Of a stretch of 64,000 bases of DNA, positions 1 through 13,000 are shown piece by piece. The translations under genes were made by a program, and so were the position numbers. Source of the stretch: Sphaerodactylus townsendi (taxonomy: Eukaryota); NCBI RefSeq assembly GCF_021028975.2, contig NC_059427.1, positions 72,292,001-72,356,000 on the forward strand, in the 5' to 3' direction. The notes beneath the pieces were generated by a model. The model was not told the DNA's origin. It saw only the letters and a list, made by a program, of their open reading frames with translations, and did not search any database. Numbering within the stretch: the stretch's first letter is position 1; each line of letters starts with the position of its first letter.

Positions 1-2199
1 ATGGTTCCTGCTGGGTAGACCATCTGAAAACCTGATTTTGCTTGGCACGTCTCTAGGGAAGGGTCTCAATTGAGTGCTGTCTTCATTAGAGGACTGAACG
101 CTGACATTGTTGAGGATAGCTGATGTACTGCTCAAAAGATGAGTGGCACAGATTGAGCCTCTGTATGGAGTGAACTGCTTTTAATCAGCCACCTTTGTAT
201 TAGTAGGATACTTCAGTATAAGAGACTTCTTTCCCTGTGTTGAAATTTAGTTGGAATTCCTCCTCTGCCAGTGTTATTTTCACTATATCCCATTTCAAGG
301 CATCATAACCACATGCTTTAACAGTCCAGCACAAACAGATTGGTTCTCATTGGAAGGGTAAATAGTGCCTTACACTAAATTGAGACAGAAGGAATAAATC
401 ATTACACCTCTACACTCTCATCTGTTTGCTGGGTGCTTCTGAGTTTTGAAGCAGAGCAGTTGTCTTTTGCTAGCTGGGAAGAAAAAAATCCATGCAAAAG
501 GAGATGGGAGGAGAAGATGAGTCATAGCGCAAGTGTTGTTTCTGTGGACAACAAGTGCATTTGGGGCAATGTAAGAGGGCAAGGATGGGGGAAAGGCCAA
601 CAATTGTATATGAGTTTAGCCTGCGTTGAAGCTGTTGTGCAGCTTTATGATGCAGCCTAATGTGATAATGCAAGTAAAAGATGGCCTATCAACATTTCTT
701 TAAGCTCCAAGTACAGTGTTCTCATTTGTTTCATTTACGCTGACTGTAGAAAGACCAGCTCTATCTGGAGAGGAAAACATTTCAGTTGCCCTTTTGTCTC
801 TCAGGGACACTTATTTGGAGCATCCATGGTTCACTTCTCTCAACTGGGAACTGGTGCGTGGTAGAGCAGTGCTGCACCAGGGTGCGTATTTCAAATGCTG
901 AATATGATCTTGCAAACTAAAATAATGGTTGTGATCAATTTTCATTGCAACAGACTAGTATAATGGAACAACAATTATATATGGCTTTGCAGCACCAAAA
1001 AAGAAAAGAGTTCAGGCTTGCAGAACAAAGACATTGTATGTGTTTTAATGGCTGACTTCCTAGTATAATTAAGAAACCTTATTTGGTTTCATTCACCGTT
1101 ACATTTTTATCAATGTTGTTGTCCTTTTTTTGTGAAACAAATATGGCTTCTTTGTGTACAGCAGAGAGGTTACAATGGTTTGTCTTACTTTATTGATTTC
1201 ATCTGATTCATTTTTATTCTGCTTTTCATCATTCCCCACCCTGCCCCGTGAGCAGGCACTCACTGGCCATATTTTCTACTTGCCACCTATATAGGAAACA
1301 ACCATCATGAGGTAACCTATAATGGTCAGATTAATCAGACCTATTAATAAAAAGGAACACAATTCTTTAAACAGTTTTATGTTGTTGCTTGTAAACGTCA
1401 GTTTACATCAGTGGATGGATAGAACACTGCAAGCTGTTTTGTGTTTAACGGAGCCCCACCATCCACTAACCAGGCATAAAATGGCAGTTCATGGGGCAAA
1501 GCTAGACATAAGACAGGGAGGTGGGTGGATATTGTCAGAAAAATGTCTTTTTCTTTTAAACATTCACAGAAAAGTTTTTACAACTTACCTTTCTTCAAGC
1601 CCCATCCAAAGGTGGGAGCCAAATCATGCTACACACCTGTTCTGGCAGATTTGCCCTCCCTGGGGTAAGCCCAGCAGAGGGGAAGAAATGTTGGCAGGTG
1701 GCAGTTGCTGTGCCCCCCCCCCCCCCAGCGCATCAAACCTCCCACACTGCTGCTATCCATGTTGATGCAGTGGGGATGTTAGGAGGATGGAGGTGACGTT
1801 AGTCTGCTTCCTCCCTGGTTTTGCACCAGTTACACAATGACTATGTCACCTTTTGGGTAGCATAAGTTCATTAAGCCCAATGAAGGCTTTCTAGCTGCAA
1901 GGTTTTTTCTTTGTTGTTGGTCTTTCCACGCCACTGGGAAGCCCTCTTGGCCGTTACAGTGCCATGTCCCACTGCTGGGGCTCTGGATTGGGTTGCCGTT
2001 CTCCCTAAGCATCCTTCTCATGGTACAAATAGAATTAAGGGACAGGTGGCTTCAGAAGATAGGTTCAGGAAAGGAATTAACTAGGAACAATTAATGAACC
2101 ATAAGAATATTAAAATTGCAGTTGAAGAAAGGAATTATATTTTTATTTATTTTTCGATTTATAAACCGCCCATCCCCAATTATAGGACAGCAAATATGA

Positions 2200-2330
2200 G
2201 ATCTATTGACTATAAAGGAAGCTATGGCTCTCAGTCTGCAAGACCTGAGCAAGGCTGTTAATTATAGGATGTTTTGGAGGACATTGGTTCATAGGGTCAC
2301 CAGAAGTCAGAAGTGTCTTGACAGCACTTT
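2200..2330 (+). mobile_element. RTE/Bov-B-like LINE extreme 3' end
   Basis: IKEAMALSLQDLSKAVNYRMFWRTLVHRVTRSQKCLD. Confidence 0.7.
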
Positions 2331-3099
2331 GTGCATGCGCACACAAATTGTGGGAGCATTTAAAAAATACAAAACAAAAATCACTAACATTTAAGGAAAG
2401 AGTTGCCTTTTAAACCTGGGGAACACTGAAGCCGGTACAGAAGTACCTCCCATAAAGCGTTTCATTATAATGATTTTTGTCCTGGCTGTAGGAGGGTTGA
2501 AAGTGATGCAGCATTGCTGCAGGTGGGATAGTCCCTAATGCGTTTGGATATCTGTAAAAGATGAACATGCCTGAGAATGGGGCCTCAGTAGGCATGGTGG
2601 GGTGACAGAGACTGGGACTGTCACTCTCCCAGAAGGGAGGCCATACTTGGAGGGTGACCAGGGGTTCTTCCCAAGATGCCTGGAGCTTAACAGAGGCAGT
2701 TGTGTGCACTTAACTCTTGCACCTGTAGCCTCCCAACAGACCAAAACAGACCTGCTCCTGCAGCTCCAGCTGATTTCAGATGCTGAAAATACTGCCAGGG
2801 AGGCTCAGGAGCTGCTCCTTCCTCTGCACCAGTCTCTTATCAGAATTGAGCTCATCTGTGCTTTAAACAGGAGTTGCCCCTGGGACTTGCAACAGCAACA
2901 TCTGGTTTAGTTTGCTTCTTAGCATTCAGTTTTCAAGGGTATAATTACCCAAATCACTAGCAAAAGCATCTCCTTGCTAATACAGAGAAAAAAACATACA
3001 TTTTAGGGTGAAATTATAATTGTGATCTTTTATCGTATGTATACTGGAGTTGAGATAAAGACCAGTGTTTAGAAGGATGAGGGGGAATAAGTTTTTCAA

Positions 3100-3900
3100 A
3101 AATAAAAATACATTTTTATTTTGTTAACAGAAGAGAAAATAGGTTTAAAGGTGTGAGCAGTTTGCAACGTAACAATGGTAATTTACAGAACGGAAAGATG
3201 CTGGAAAGCAGTTAAAGCCCTTTGCTAGCAAGCTGCCTGCTTATAGAAGGACAACAGAAGGGGGGAGAATTAAAAATAGAAAAGCCTGGTCTCTTGCAAG
3301 AAGGATGAAGGGTTCTTTGGCAATGATCAGAGAATGAAATTGACCTGATAGGAGAAAGAGCACTTTAAAGTGGGTCTCTATAGTGGAGAAGCAGAGAAGC
3401 CAACTGTGGAGCTGGCGTAACCGGATGAATTCCAAACCAGCTACAAAAAGTTGGAGCTAAGGAGTAACTTCTTATACAACTTTGCCAAGAATGGGGGGGA
3501 GAAAGGGTGTTGGCATGAGAGGTGGACTAGTTTGAAAAGCAAGTCTTTGTCAGCATTGCAAAGGGGAGTTTTCCCCTTTTTTGCACTACAATATTCTTTT
3601 GGGGAGTCTGAAAGGTTAGATATCTCAAGTATCTGAAATATCTGGATGGTTATTTTACATGATTGAATCAGAAACATTCCTGCCCAGCCATTAAAATAAG
3701 GAGGAAAGAGCTGAGATGGACCATTGTTTATTGTTTTAGATATTTGGGTGGTTGCCTTAGATTGAATTACCAGGGAGGAGCCTCTGAGGTCCTTGGGGGA
3801 AATAGCCCTCCAGTTGACTCCCACCAGAGATGGGCTTTTGCATGATTTATGGATGAACTCATCAGTGGTAGGAAATAGTGCCTTTCCTTGCTGGGAAACT
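3100..3900 (-). mobile_element. Decayed L1/Tx1-type LINE 3' fragment
   Basis: Minus-strand remnants (KAHLWWES, LLLARDQAFLFL, LYKKLL) and an AATAAA/A-rich end near 3115. Confidence 0.5.
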
Positions 3901-6478
3901 CCCTCGTTAGATTAAGGGGTCTCTGGAAAATACTCTGGTAATGTACCACCACTCAGGACTTTCTGAGAATCTCTAGATCGTCCTACTCTTCCAACGCAAT
4001 ACTAGGACAATAACAAAATCACTTATAATCACCTTGGTAGTACCCATGCAGCCTAGCACATTGGGAAGAGATTAAGAGAAATAGCCCAGAGTGATAGATT
4101 ACACTAAATGAAGCTAAAAATATTTATAAGAAGATTTATTGTTAAAAAAAAATAAAAAGAGAGGAAAGGGAAAAGCTGGTTGCCACTCTGAGCCTGGCCT
4201 TTGGCTGGGAAGACTGGGGTAGTATGTTTAATAAAATAATGGATCCAGAAAGGGTGGAGAAGGCAAGACAAAAACGCAGGGAAAAACACAGCAACCACAC
4301 AGATTCAAACAAAAAGCAAAACAGTTGTGCTGAGCTAAGCACATTATGCTTCAACTCCTCCCTTAGAGCTCCTGCTGAGTTCCTTGTGGTAACAAAAACT
4401 TGAAGGTATCCTAAACCCTTTCCTGTGGACCTGATTTATGCAAAAGACTGAAAACTGAAGACAAGGGAAAATCCCAAATGTGCAGCTATTTATGCTAAAT
4501 GGAGCTGGACCTAAACCAGCCTCCATTCTAAGACTAACAAGTGGATTTCTCCAATCTCAGGCAAATCCCCATCTTTGCTGTCAGAGGCTACAGTCAGAGC
4601 CATATCTCACCTCCATCAAGCACTCCGTAATGGCTCTTCATTTTTATAACTGTAACTGGTTTAAACTGGCTTGTCCTTTGTCCCAAAGGGATCAAGTCTG
4701 CCAGGACGGTCCAATGTGGGATGGATCTAAATACATTTACTGTAATGTAATCCAAGGGCCTCCAGATGTTCTAGATGGGACTCTTGAGTCTTGGCTAGTT
4801 TTAGGAGCTGCCCCACATTCCTTAATGTCTTCAGTGTGACTCACTCTCATTTTTATATTGATTTAATAGACTCCTTTCATTGCTAAACCCATGCTAAGAT
4901 GTGCATGTGTGCAGGGGGGCTTAAATGCTACCAAAAACCAGGGCCTCAGGGACATCCATAATCAGTTTAAACAGATATTACTGTATCTAATTTGTTGATG
5001 TATTCATATGTATAAGAACAGCAGCTTGTGCATTTGAGCAAATTCTTAGCTTTTTCACTTCAGTATAAAAACCAGATTAACAGCCTGATTCTATGCAAAT
5101 TAATTCTTAGAAGAGTTATCAACCTGAAGTGACAATGTACATTATCACCAACTCCCCAAAGATAGTTGGACCTACCGGGAATCCCTACTCTAGCCCTTCT
5201 GGGTCTAAACAACAAACCAAACTAAAAGGTTACACACTCACAAGGTGATTCCCAAAGCAAATTACTTCAGTAGCTGCAGCCAATTTATTGGGCCAACATA
5301 CTGGATTCAGATTAAAGGCTCCTAACAAAATATAATTAAAGGGGTTTGTTAAAACGACACACAGGAATATACAAACGAGCAAAGAATAGAGAGAATAAAA
5401 TAACAAAGTTTGGTAGCAAATCCTACTTAGCAAGGCAAAGGCCAAGATCCTTTCAGAATCCAAAATCTATAGGTTCCAGTTGTCCTGACCCACCTTAGCC
5501 AAAGTACCCAAAGGCAAGACCCATGTCCAAAAGCTAACACTATAATGAAGGATCTTTGGTTCATGCCTTGCAATCTACGATGGCATGATTTGGACTAGTC
5601 AGTCAAATGTAGGCCCAATGGTTTAATCCAACTGACCATTGATGCTACTGACCAGATGTTGTAACCAGTCAGAGGAGATTGCCAATTAGTATCTGGTGCT
5701 CTATAGTTACATCAGATCCAGTTAATGTTCCCAGGAACTAGATGGAACGTGTAGGACATCTTAGAGTGGCCTTGAAACATTTAGGTCAGGTTAGGCCTCC
5801 AGGATCTGTCTTCTCATCTCTCCCTGTGAGCTACTGTCAGCTCAATCTTGGCTCTTGGGGAACAGAAGACTTTCATGGTCTATAGGTCTCATGCCTGAAC
5901 CCATTTCAGTTTGAACAAGACTATGGAAGAGGTCTAGTGTCTTCACAGATATGTCTGCAGTTTTAGTTGTCCATACCTTCGTTGGTTTGTCCTCATATTG
6001 GCAACAGTTGTCTGGAAATGCTTGGAATACAAGCAGCAACCATGAATTAGTATCAGTAAAATACAAGTGGGGACCTGCAAGGACCTTGCAGGGTGGGGAT
6101 ATCCTATTTCCCCTTGCATTTCCTCCCATCTCTTCCTCTCTGTCAGCCTTACCCCCTTCACCTTCTATGGAGTCACCGTAATTCAGCTGCAATTTGATAA
6201 CACTTTTCCCCACCAAAATATAGACCCCACATTCTGATGATGTTGGCCAGGATACAAATTATTGTGCACCAGAATACCAGGAAAATTAAATGAATGTGGT
6301 ATTTGATTATTTTAAAACTGCTAAAACAAGGTAGCTTTATTGCATGGTTAGTACTTTGTTCATTAGAGGTCTCTTCATATTGATTATATCAACCTACTCT
6401 GTGCTTATTAGACTGTATGATATGCATTGAATCTCAGTGAGAAAGACTATAATACAGTAGACAACAGTGCAAGACACA

Positions 6479-6484
6479 TTTATT
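6479..6484 (-). terminator. KIF20A polyadenylation signal
   Basis: AATAAA on minus strand about 270 nt after the stop, followed by GU-rich sequence; a second AATAAA at 6341-6336. Confidence 0.65.
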
Positions 6485-6751
6485 ATATAGATAGAATATG
6501 GCAATGAATACAGACTTAGCATGCAAAAACACTTGTATAAGAAAGTTGCTCAAAAATGTTCGGATTCCATGTACACTTGAGTAGCAGCTGGCCTGAAATA
6601 GAGGACATGCATAGTACTCCTGTTTGGGGCACCCAGGATATATTGTTTGCTCAGGCCTTAACATATGAATAAACACACATTTATATACAGAAAATGTAAA
6701 GCCAGCAACCAGTTGCTGGCAGTTATACCACAGGATGAAAAAAGCATTCAT

Positions 6752-7072
6752 TCAGCGCTTTTTGCCAAAGGCCAAGGTTTTGAAAGGGGGTGATCTACGA
6801 GAACGCAGGATGCGACTATAGGGGCTCTCTACAACAGCAGGCCTGGCTGTTGAGCGAGTCAGGAAGTTGTGTAAGAAAGGTTTCTTGACGGGAGGTTGAC
6901 TTTGAGGCTGCATGTTTTCATTGTTGGCACAGAACCGTTTCTTGATGGCTGGGGTTGGGGCAGCTTGGAGTTTTTGAACAGTATGGTACTGCTCAGCAAT
7001 GCAGGCTGCCTTCTTCCGCAGATCTAGCTTCACCAGCATCATATTGTTTTGAAGCTCAGCCAAAGTTTGATC
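6752..7072 (-). CDS. KIF20A: KIF20A last coding exon (stop TGA at 6754-6752)
   Basis: DQTLAELQNNMMLVKLDLRKKAACIAEQYHTV...FGKKR*. Confidence 0.96.
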   Translation of the reverse strand, partial: DQTLAELQNNMMLVKLDLRKKAACIAEQYHTVQKLQAAPTPAIKKRFCANNENMQPQSQPPVKKPFLHNFLTRSTARPAVVESPYSRILRSRRSPPFKTLAFGKKR

Positions 7073-10000
7073 CTGGAAAAAAAACAAGGCATTTGATTTT
7101 GTAGATATAACTACATTGACAGTACCTATCAGATTGCAAAGATATAGTTTTATAATAATCGCACCTTCAAGACCTGCTACCAACATTTGGGAAATTCTAG
7201 CTCAGCCTTCTTCCTGACACATTAACTTAAAAATGTACAGGGAATTTATGGAGAAATAGATCCCAAATGGTACAGTCCAGCAACAGATGCCATGGTTTGG
7301 ATTCACTGGAATGTTTCCATGGGCAGATGGATTTAGGCTAAAGTGTAACTTTCTCACTCGTCTCCTCCTGCTGCCCCCTGAAATGCAGCACCTGGTGGAC
7401 ACCCCCTACAGAACAGGATTTCACAAGATGTTTTGAACCACACAGGGACTATCATTACATCATTCTTGGAGGGCAAAAATCATTTTACCTCAGAAACACT
7501 CAAGTGGATCCATACCCTTGCATGAGGGTGCTGACCATGGTATTTACAGCCCAATCCAAATGGGGGGGGGGGGGAGAGAGAGACAGCTTGTGGGAGTGAA
7601 AGAGGCCTGCACCAGCATGTCTGCCCACCCTGTGGTGTAAGGGCCACCTATGCCAGCAGAGAGAGAAAACATACCCAAACCCAGAAGGGCCTGCCACCCC
7701 AAGGCTATGCTGGCGAAATAGAGCACTTTAGTTGGCTTCCACTGGGGTTTCAGCATGGGAATGCCCCCGCCCCAGCAGCAGACTTAATGCCACTGGAAAA
7801 TATAGCATGTCATTTTCCCCAATAGGGCTATTTGAACAGCAGGAGGTTTTTAAGTTTTGCTGCCTGAAACCCCTTTGGAGGCGGAATGGCATGGCTCACA
7901 TTGCACAGTCACCAGCTGCCATGGAACTTCTCCCTCCACCCCCCAGATTGAGCGGTTAGTTTAGCTCAGCTACTCGGGGAATTGAAATGGTTACTTGAAG
8001 CTAGAAATGGCTTATACTTGCAATAACTTTGAAGTAAAATTTAGTTTGTAATTTAACAAAAAGGTCTCAAGTAGTTGCCAATTGTTCTGTTACTTCACAC
8101 TGGAGAAGAGTCTCAGTTGCTCCTGGTCAGCAATTTATTCAAGCATCAGTCTTCCTCCTGAGTATGTATTGCTCATTGCAGGGGTCTTCACACTTTCTGA
8201 ATGTGCAGGGACCTTTGGAATTCTGACACAGGGCAGTGGGAACAACCACAAAATGGCTGCCACAGAAGGCGCCACCAACCACAAACGTTCGGAAAGTTAG
8301 GATATGTACAACTAATAACAATGCTTCGAAATTTCAGGTAGAAGATCCTGTTAAACAGAACATTATTTTTAAATTCAGCCACATAATGAATATCCTTGTG
8401 TTGTGTTGCTGGCTGCTGCCAAAGCAACATTTTTAAAGATCTGCATAGTTAATCAGAAGCCATGTTGGACAAAATATCTGTAGCATTAAGTTCCAGACTT
8501 CTCCCTGAATCCACAAGGTAAACATGATACTCAAAATTCTAGTAAGATTATCTTAACTACCCAGGATAGCTTCTTTAATTGCTCCATGGCTGACTCAAAG
8601 TTACATTCTTTACCTGTTTGACCAGGATGTCATCGCACATAGACAGGGTCTCACGGAGTTTTCCAGCACTTGTGCTGTGACAACATGCTCTTTCTGCTGA
8701 CTGAAGTGACTCCCCAATTCGCTGCAGCTCAGAACGCAGCATCCTCACATTCTGGAGGGGAACATGGTTAGCATAAAGTCACACTGATTTCTCTCCACAT
8801 CCCGCCCCCTGGGAAACTGAACTACAGCAGAAAACCCTACTTGAGAAGTGCATCCACAAGTGACGGATGAGGTGTTCGGACACCCTGTATGTCATGGGGA
8901 GCAGTACACTGTAAAGAGGAATGCAAAAGCAGTCAGGATTCATTTACTAAGAAGATGCAGTTACCTTTTGACCTTCTTCCAGCTTCCGGTCCACATCTAC
9001 AGTGATGGCCTTTGCCGAAGGTGGTGGCTCCACCATTTTTCGGTATTTGCGTAGCTCTGAAGGGCAGAACATAATCAGAGCTTAACTCAGGAACTAAAAA
9101 AATCTATGTCAGAGATCAGCCTTGAAGTTTGGTTTCAATAGTAAATCATAGAAAAGGAACATGACACAAAACATACATAAAGTGCCTTTCCTTCAACAAC
9201 TAACTACACACCTACTTAAGTTAAGAGCAAAAAGATGATCTTAAGCCCTGGCATTTTTCCCCCTTTAAGAAAGCAGTTAAGAACTGGTTTAGCTCCTTTA
9301 CATCCTTTTAGCCATTATACCATTCCAAATTTCTGACCAGAAATCACATACAGCCAAGAGCAAAATCACTTTTATCATGGGAACTGGTAAGAGTGTAAGA
9401 CACTCATTGTCTCTGTCTACCACATTTTGCTTTCCACTGCCTCAAATTCTGTAAAGTTGTTACCAATAATTGGGGTAAGCAGTTTCGTAAACAAAGCCCT
9501 CCTATGGAAATCCCCCAACATACCTGTCCAAATCCTACAAGATGGTAAGTGGTGGGGGGAGGAGAAAGATCAAGAGGCCAGAAGTGACCATGTAAGTTTT
9601 AAAAAAAACCCAACAGTGAATGATAAACTATTCTACTCCAAAAGCACAAAGAATACCAAGGATGTCCAGAGTTCCTGTTGGGCAAAACCCCTAACTGTAC
9701 TCCACGACTGACTGGCATGTCACCAGCAGAATCCAGGTTTCCGAGTTAATAGAGTTAATAGTATGTTTTTTGTGGCTCATGATGCAAGAATTGCTCTCCT
9801 GCTACAGACCAGCTTGGTGGTTACTGAATTCATTCCTCACCTTCTTTAGCTGTACTCAGCTCAGCCTGGTACTGCTCTAGCTTGACTTTTGTCTCCTCCA
9901 GTTCCTGTTGCAGGGTGGATGCTGCCACTACCCGTTTGGATCTGCGCTGTGCCTCCTCTGGCTCCTGTTGCTTTCCCACTTGGAGTTCTTGTTGTTGTTT

Positions 10001-13000
10001 TGCTTCTTGCAAGGCAGCTTCCAGTTCTTCTATCTTCTCGTCCCGGTCCTGAGAGGAAAAACCCCCCACAAAACTGATATTAGAGAAGAGAAAGCTGCAT
10101 TTTTCTTGCAGCTTGCCTGCTTTGAGACAGCCAAGGGAAAGTGGACAGATGTCATCAATCTGAGAGAGGCAGCCTTGGGAACTGATAGGCCGCAGTAATC
10201 AAAATCAGTGGGGATGGGCAGCTTGAACTCTAGAGAAGGACTCTGTCAGGCCTCATTTTCACAGCTGTTCATCCTCTCACGTACCTCAATCTGCTCTTGA
10301 TAGTAATCGGTCAGCAACTCCTTTAGATGGGTCAACTTATCTTCATACATATTCTCTAGAATCTCTTTTTGGGCATCCACCTGCTCACTGCAGGAGACAA
10401 GAGTGCAGGTGTGAAAAACAGCAGACGACAAGGTAGGAAACAAAAGTTTCACACAGAGGCTGTCTGGAATAGGGAGATGCTGGAATCCGCTGTACCTGCT
10501 TGACTGCTGCCTCTGTTGAAGTTGCTCCATCATCTCATTGCAAATCTCATCACGGAGATGCATTTCCAGCATCAGCTTCTCCTGGCGCTCCTTCAGCAGC
10601 AGACTTTGCACAGCCTCAACCACACGCATCAGGTCCTGGGGGTGGGCACAGAATGCAGAGCATATGACCATCATGGCCTACCAGAACAACCGACATTACA
10701 AAGTACAAGATTCTATCACTGGGCCAATTAGATATTTGATCAGTTTTGGAGGCTTTTCTCAAAGGCCAGAAATGCCTGGCTTGACATCAGAAGAATCTTT
10801 GCAATTTTTTTCTTGATGAGACACAGAAGAATAAGAACTGAAAGTCAAACTAAGCCTAATGGTCTATCCCTTGTTCAGTTGTCTGGGCCAGAACACATGT
10901 GCTGGGCTGGGTAAACAAGAGGAGTTCAAGATACTTCCACTCCTGTACTTGCCACCCACAAACTCGTCATGGTGTAGAACAGGAGTGTCCAACTCTGGCC
11001 CTCCACATGTTCATAGACTACAATTCCCCAGTAGGGGCTGATGAGAATCATAGTCCATGAACATCTGGAGGGCCAAAGTTGGACACCCATGGTGTACAGT
11101 ACCAGTGGCGACAAAGGACAAACCACCACTTACCTCTTTTTCATACACGGTCACATCTGTTTCATCCTCACTCTCTTCATCAGGTTCTGTTTTTTGAACC
11201 GAGGATGCTGCAGGGACCCCTTTTAGTCTAATGCTCTGTTCCTTGAGAAGAGACTGAATGGTCAGCAGTCCCACCTTTGAGGGAGCTTGTATAAGCTGGA
11301 AGGTAAGTTTTGCCATTAGCAGGAAACAGCACACAGACTGCCATTCTTGCCCAAGGCAAGAGAATTGCCACACTTTGCTGGGACTGTAAACTGAGTGCTT
11401 CTGAGCATGAGAAATTATCTTTATGTCCAAGCAAAAGAATTTTGAAAGGCTTCTGAGTGTTTTCAGAGTGCTTTCTTTTAACAGAAGCAGACCTTTTTAA
11501 AAAGGTCAAAATGATGAATGTGGCTTTCAGCAAGTTATTTCCTCTGAATACCACCATATTTTTACAGTCTCATATTTTAGAAAATAATGAACAAAATGGC
11601 AGAGAGACAGAGGGGGAGAGAGAAATAGGTAATGTGTTAAAAGAAGGGAGAAACAGGTACCCAATTCTGTACACCCTTGTAGCTAGTCATAATCTGCCCC
11701 AGGTGCTTCCAGGCTCACCTGGGTGGCAACAGCAGAGAACTTAGCCACATGCAGAGTCTCATCGTATGAGGAGGCACATGGACTCATATTGACAATCATA
11801 CAGGACTGTCCTCGCCCTGTGAAGTATCCTTGGAACACACGAGATAGCTTGCTGTTGCGGAAGGGCACAACGCTCTGTTTCACTCTGAGACCAGAAGATA
11901 AGATTCTGTGAGCTCCAGAAACAGCAACAGAAAAGCACCAACACAACCTCCCCCAGACCCTGCAAAAAACAACCAACCAACCAACCCCAACGAGCTTCAG
12001 AGCACCTAAATGCAGCTAGCAATCTCTCCAACAGTACTGGTGTCAGTACAGAAGAATTCCCCTTTCCTTGCTAGAAAGACAGATGCTGGGAATAACTCCA
12101 GCTTACCTGGCCTGCTGGTTCTGGCGCAGCACAGTGAGGCAACGCCCCAGTGTGTGCAAAGAAGTGTTGATATTATTTGCCTCCTTCATGCGATCCCCAG
12201 CCCTCTGTTCTTTGCAGCGTTCAGAGCCAGCAAGGTCACACAATGACAGCCTAGGAAGAGAGGCAGGGCAATGTCAGCACTGGGGCCAAGGACGACAAGC
12301 CCTGCCTTCCCTTTTGTAGTTAGGTTTTCCTTCAGGTTAGAGATCCTCCGCAAGACACAGCCAGGCAAGACCCAGTAACAGTCCAAGAATTTCAGTGATA
12401 CCATTAGGTTGCTCTTCTCCAGATGGGCACAACACAGAGGGCAAACTCTGGCACATTACAAAAACAGGGGAAAGCCTCTAAAAACATTTACACTGACCCA
12501 CTGTACGCATGTCATTTTCAAAAAGGCTTCCTTGTTATACCTCTTGATAGTTTCTCCCCAGCGGTCATCTCCATGGAACACAGTGGAAAACATGCATCAC
12601 GCCCCCCCGCCCTTCAGTCAATTAACAAGGATAGATCCACAAAACCCCTCTTCTCCAGTATGACTCACTCGCTAATCTTTTGGTCCATTTCGTCACTGGT
12701 TGTCCGTAGGTGTAGAATTCGAATGGAGAAGATGCTGTGACTTCAGGGAACCAGAGGGGAAGAAAGAGCACAAATTGAGACACACTCTTACACAGCAGTT
12801 GCCTTGGGACTGCTGCCTTACACTCTTTCATAAGTAAAGAGCGCCCCCCCCATTCCAAAGGACTGGCTTCAACCCCACTGCAGACCTGCGGCTAGAATTC
12901 TGGTTCATGTGGGTGCTAGCAAAGCTTTGGTTTCTTCGGCCCAGTTTCAGCAGTTTCCAGGCTTCATCAGCATCCTGAACATTGATCCAGGTCAGATCTG

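Noticed and set aside
1-1400. Possible 3' UTR of a convergent plus-strand gene (CDC23 expected from human synteny); AATAAA at 1346-1351
   Set aside because: No coding exon of CDC23 is recognisable in the window; only U-rich composition and synteny support it
5110-6260. Possible solo LTR / endogenous retrovirus remnant
   Set aside because: Composition is suggestive, but I could not identify TG...CA termini, a target duplication or a primer-binding site
418-6751. Numerous short ORFs in the ORF track (e.g. 1322-1765, 4480-4839, 5842-6216)
   Set aside because: No recognisable domains and no coherent splice structure; expected background in vertebrate non-coding DNA
11845-11865. KIF20A loop-12 motif reads PFRNSKLS rather than PFRDSKLT
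   Set aside because: Asn at this position occurs in other kinesins and T to S is conservative; no reason to infer loss of function
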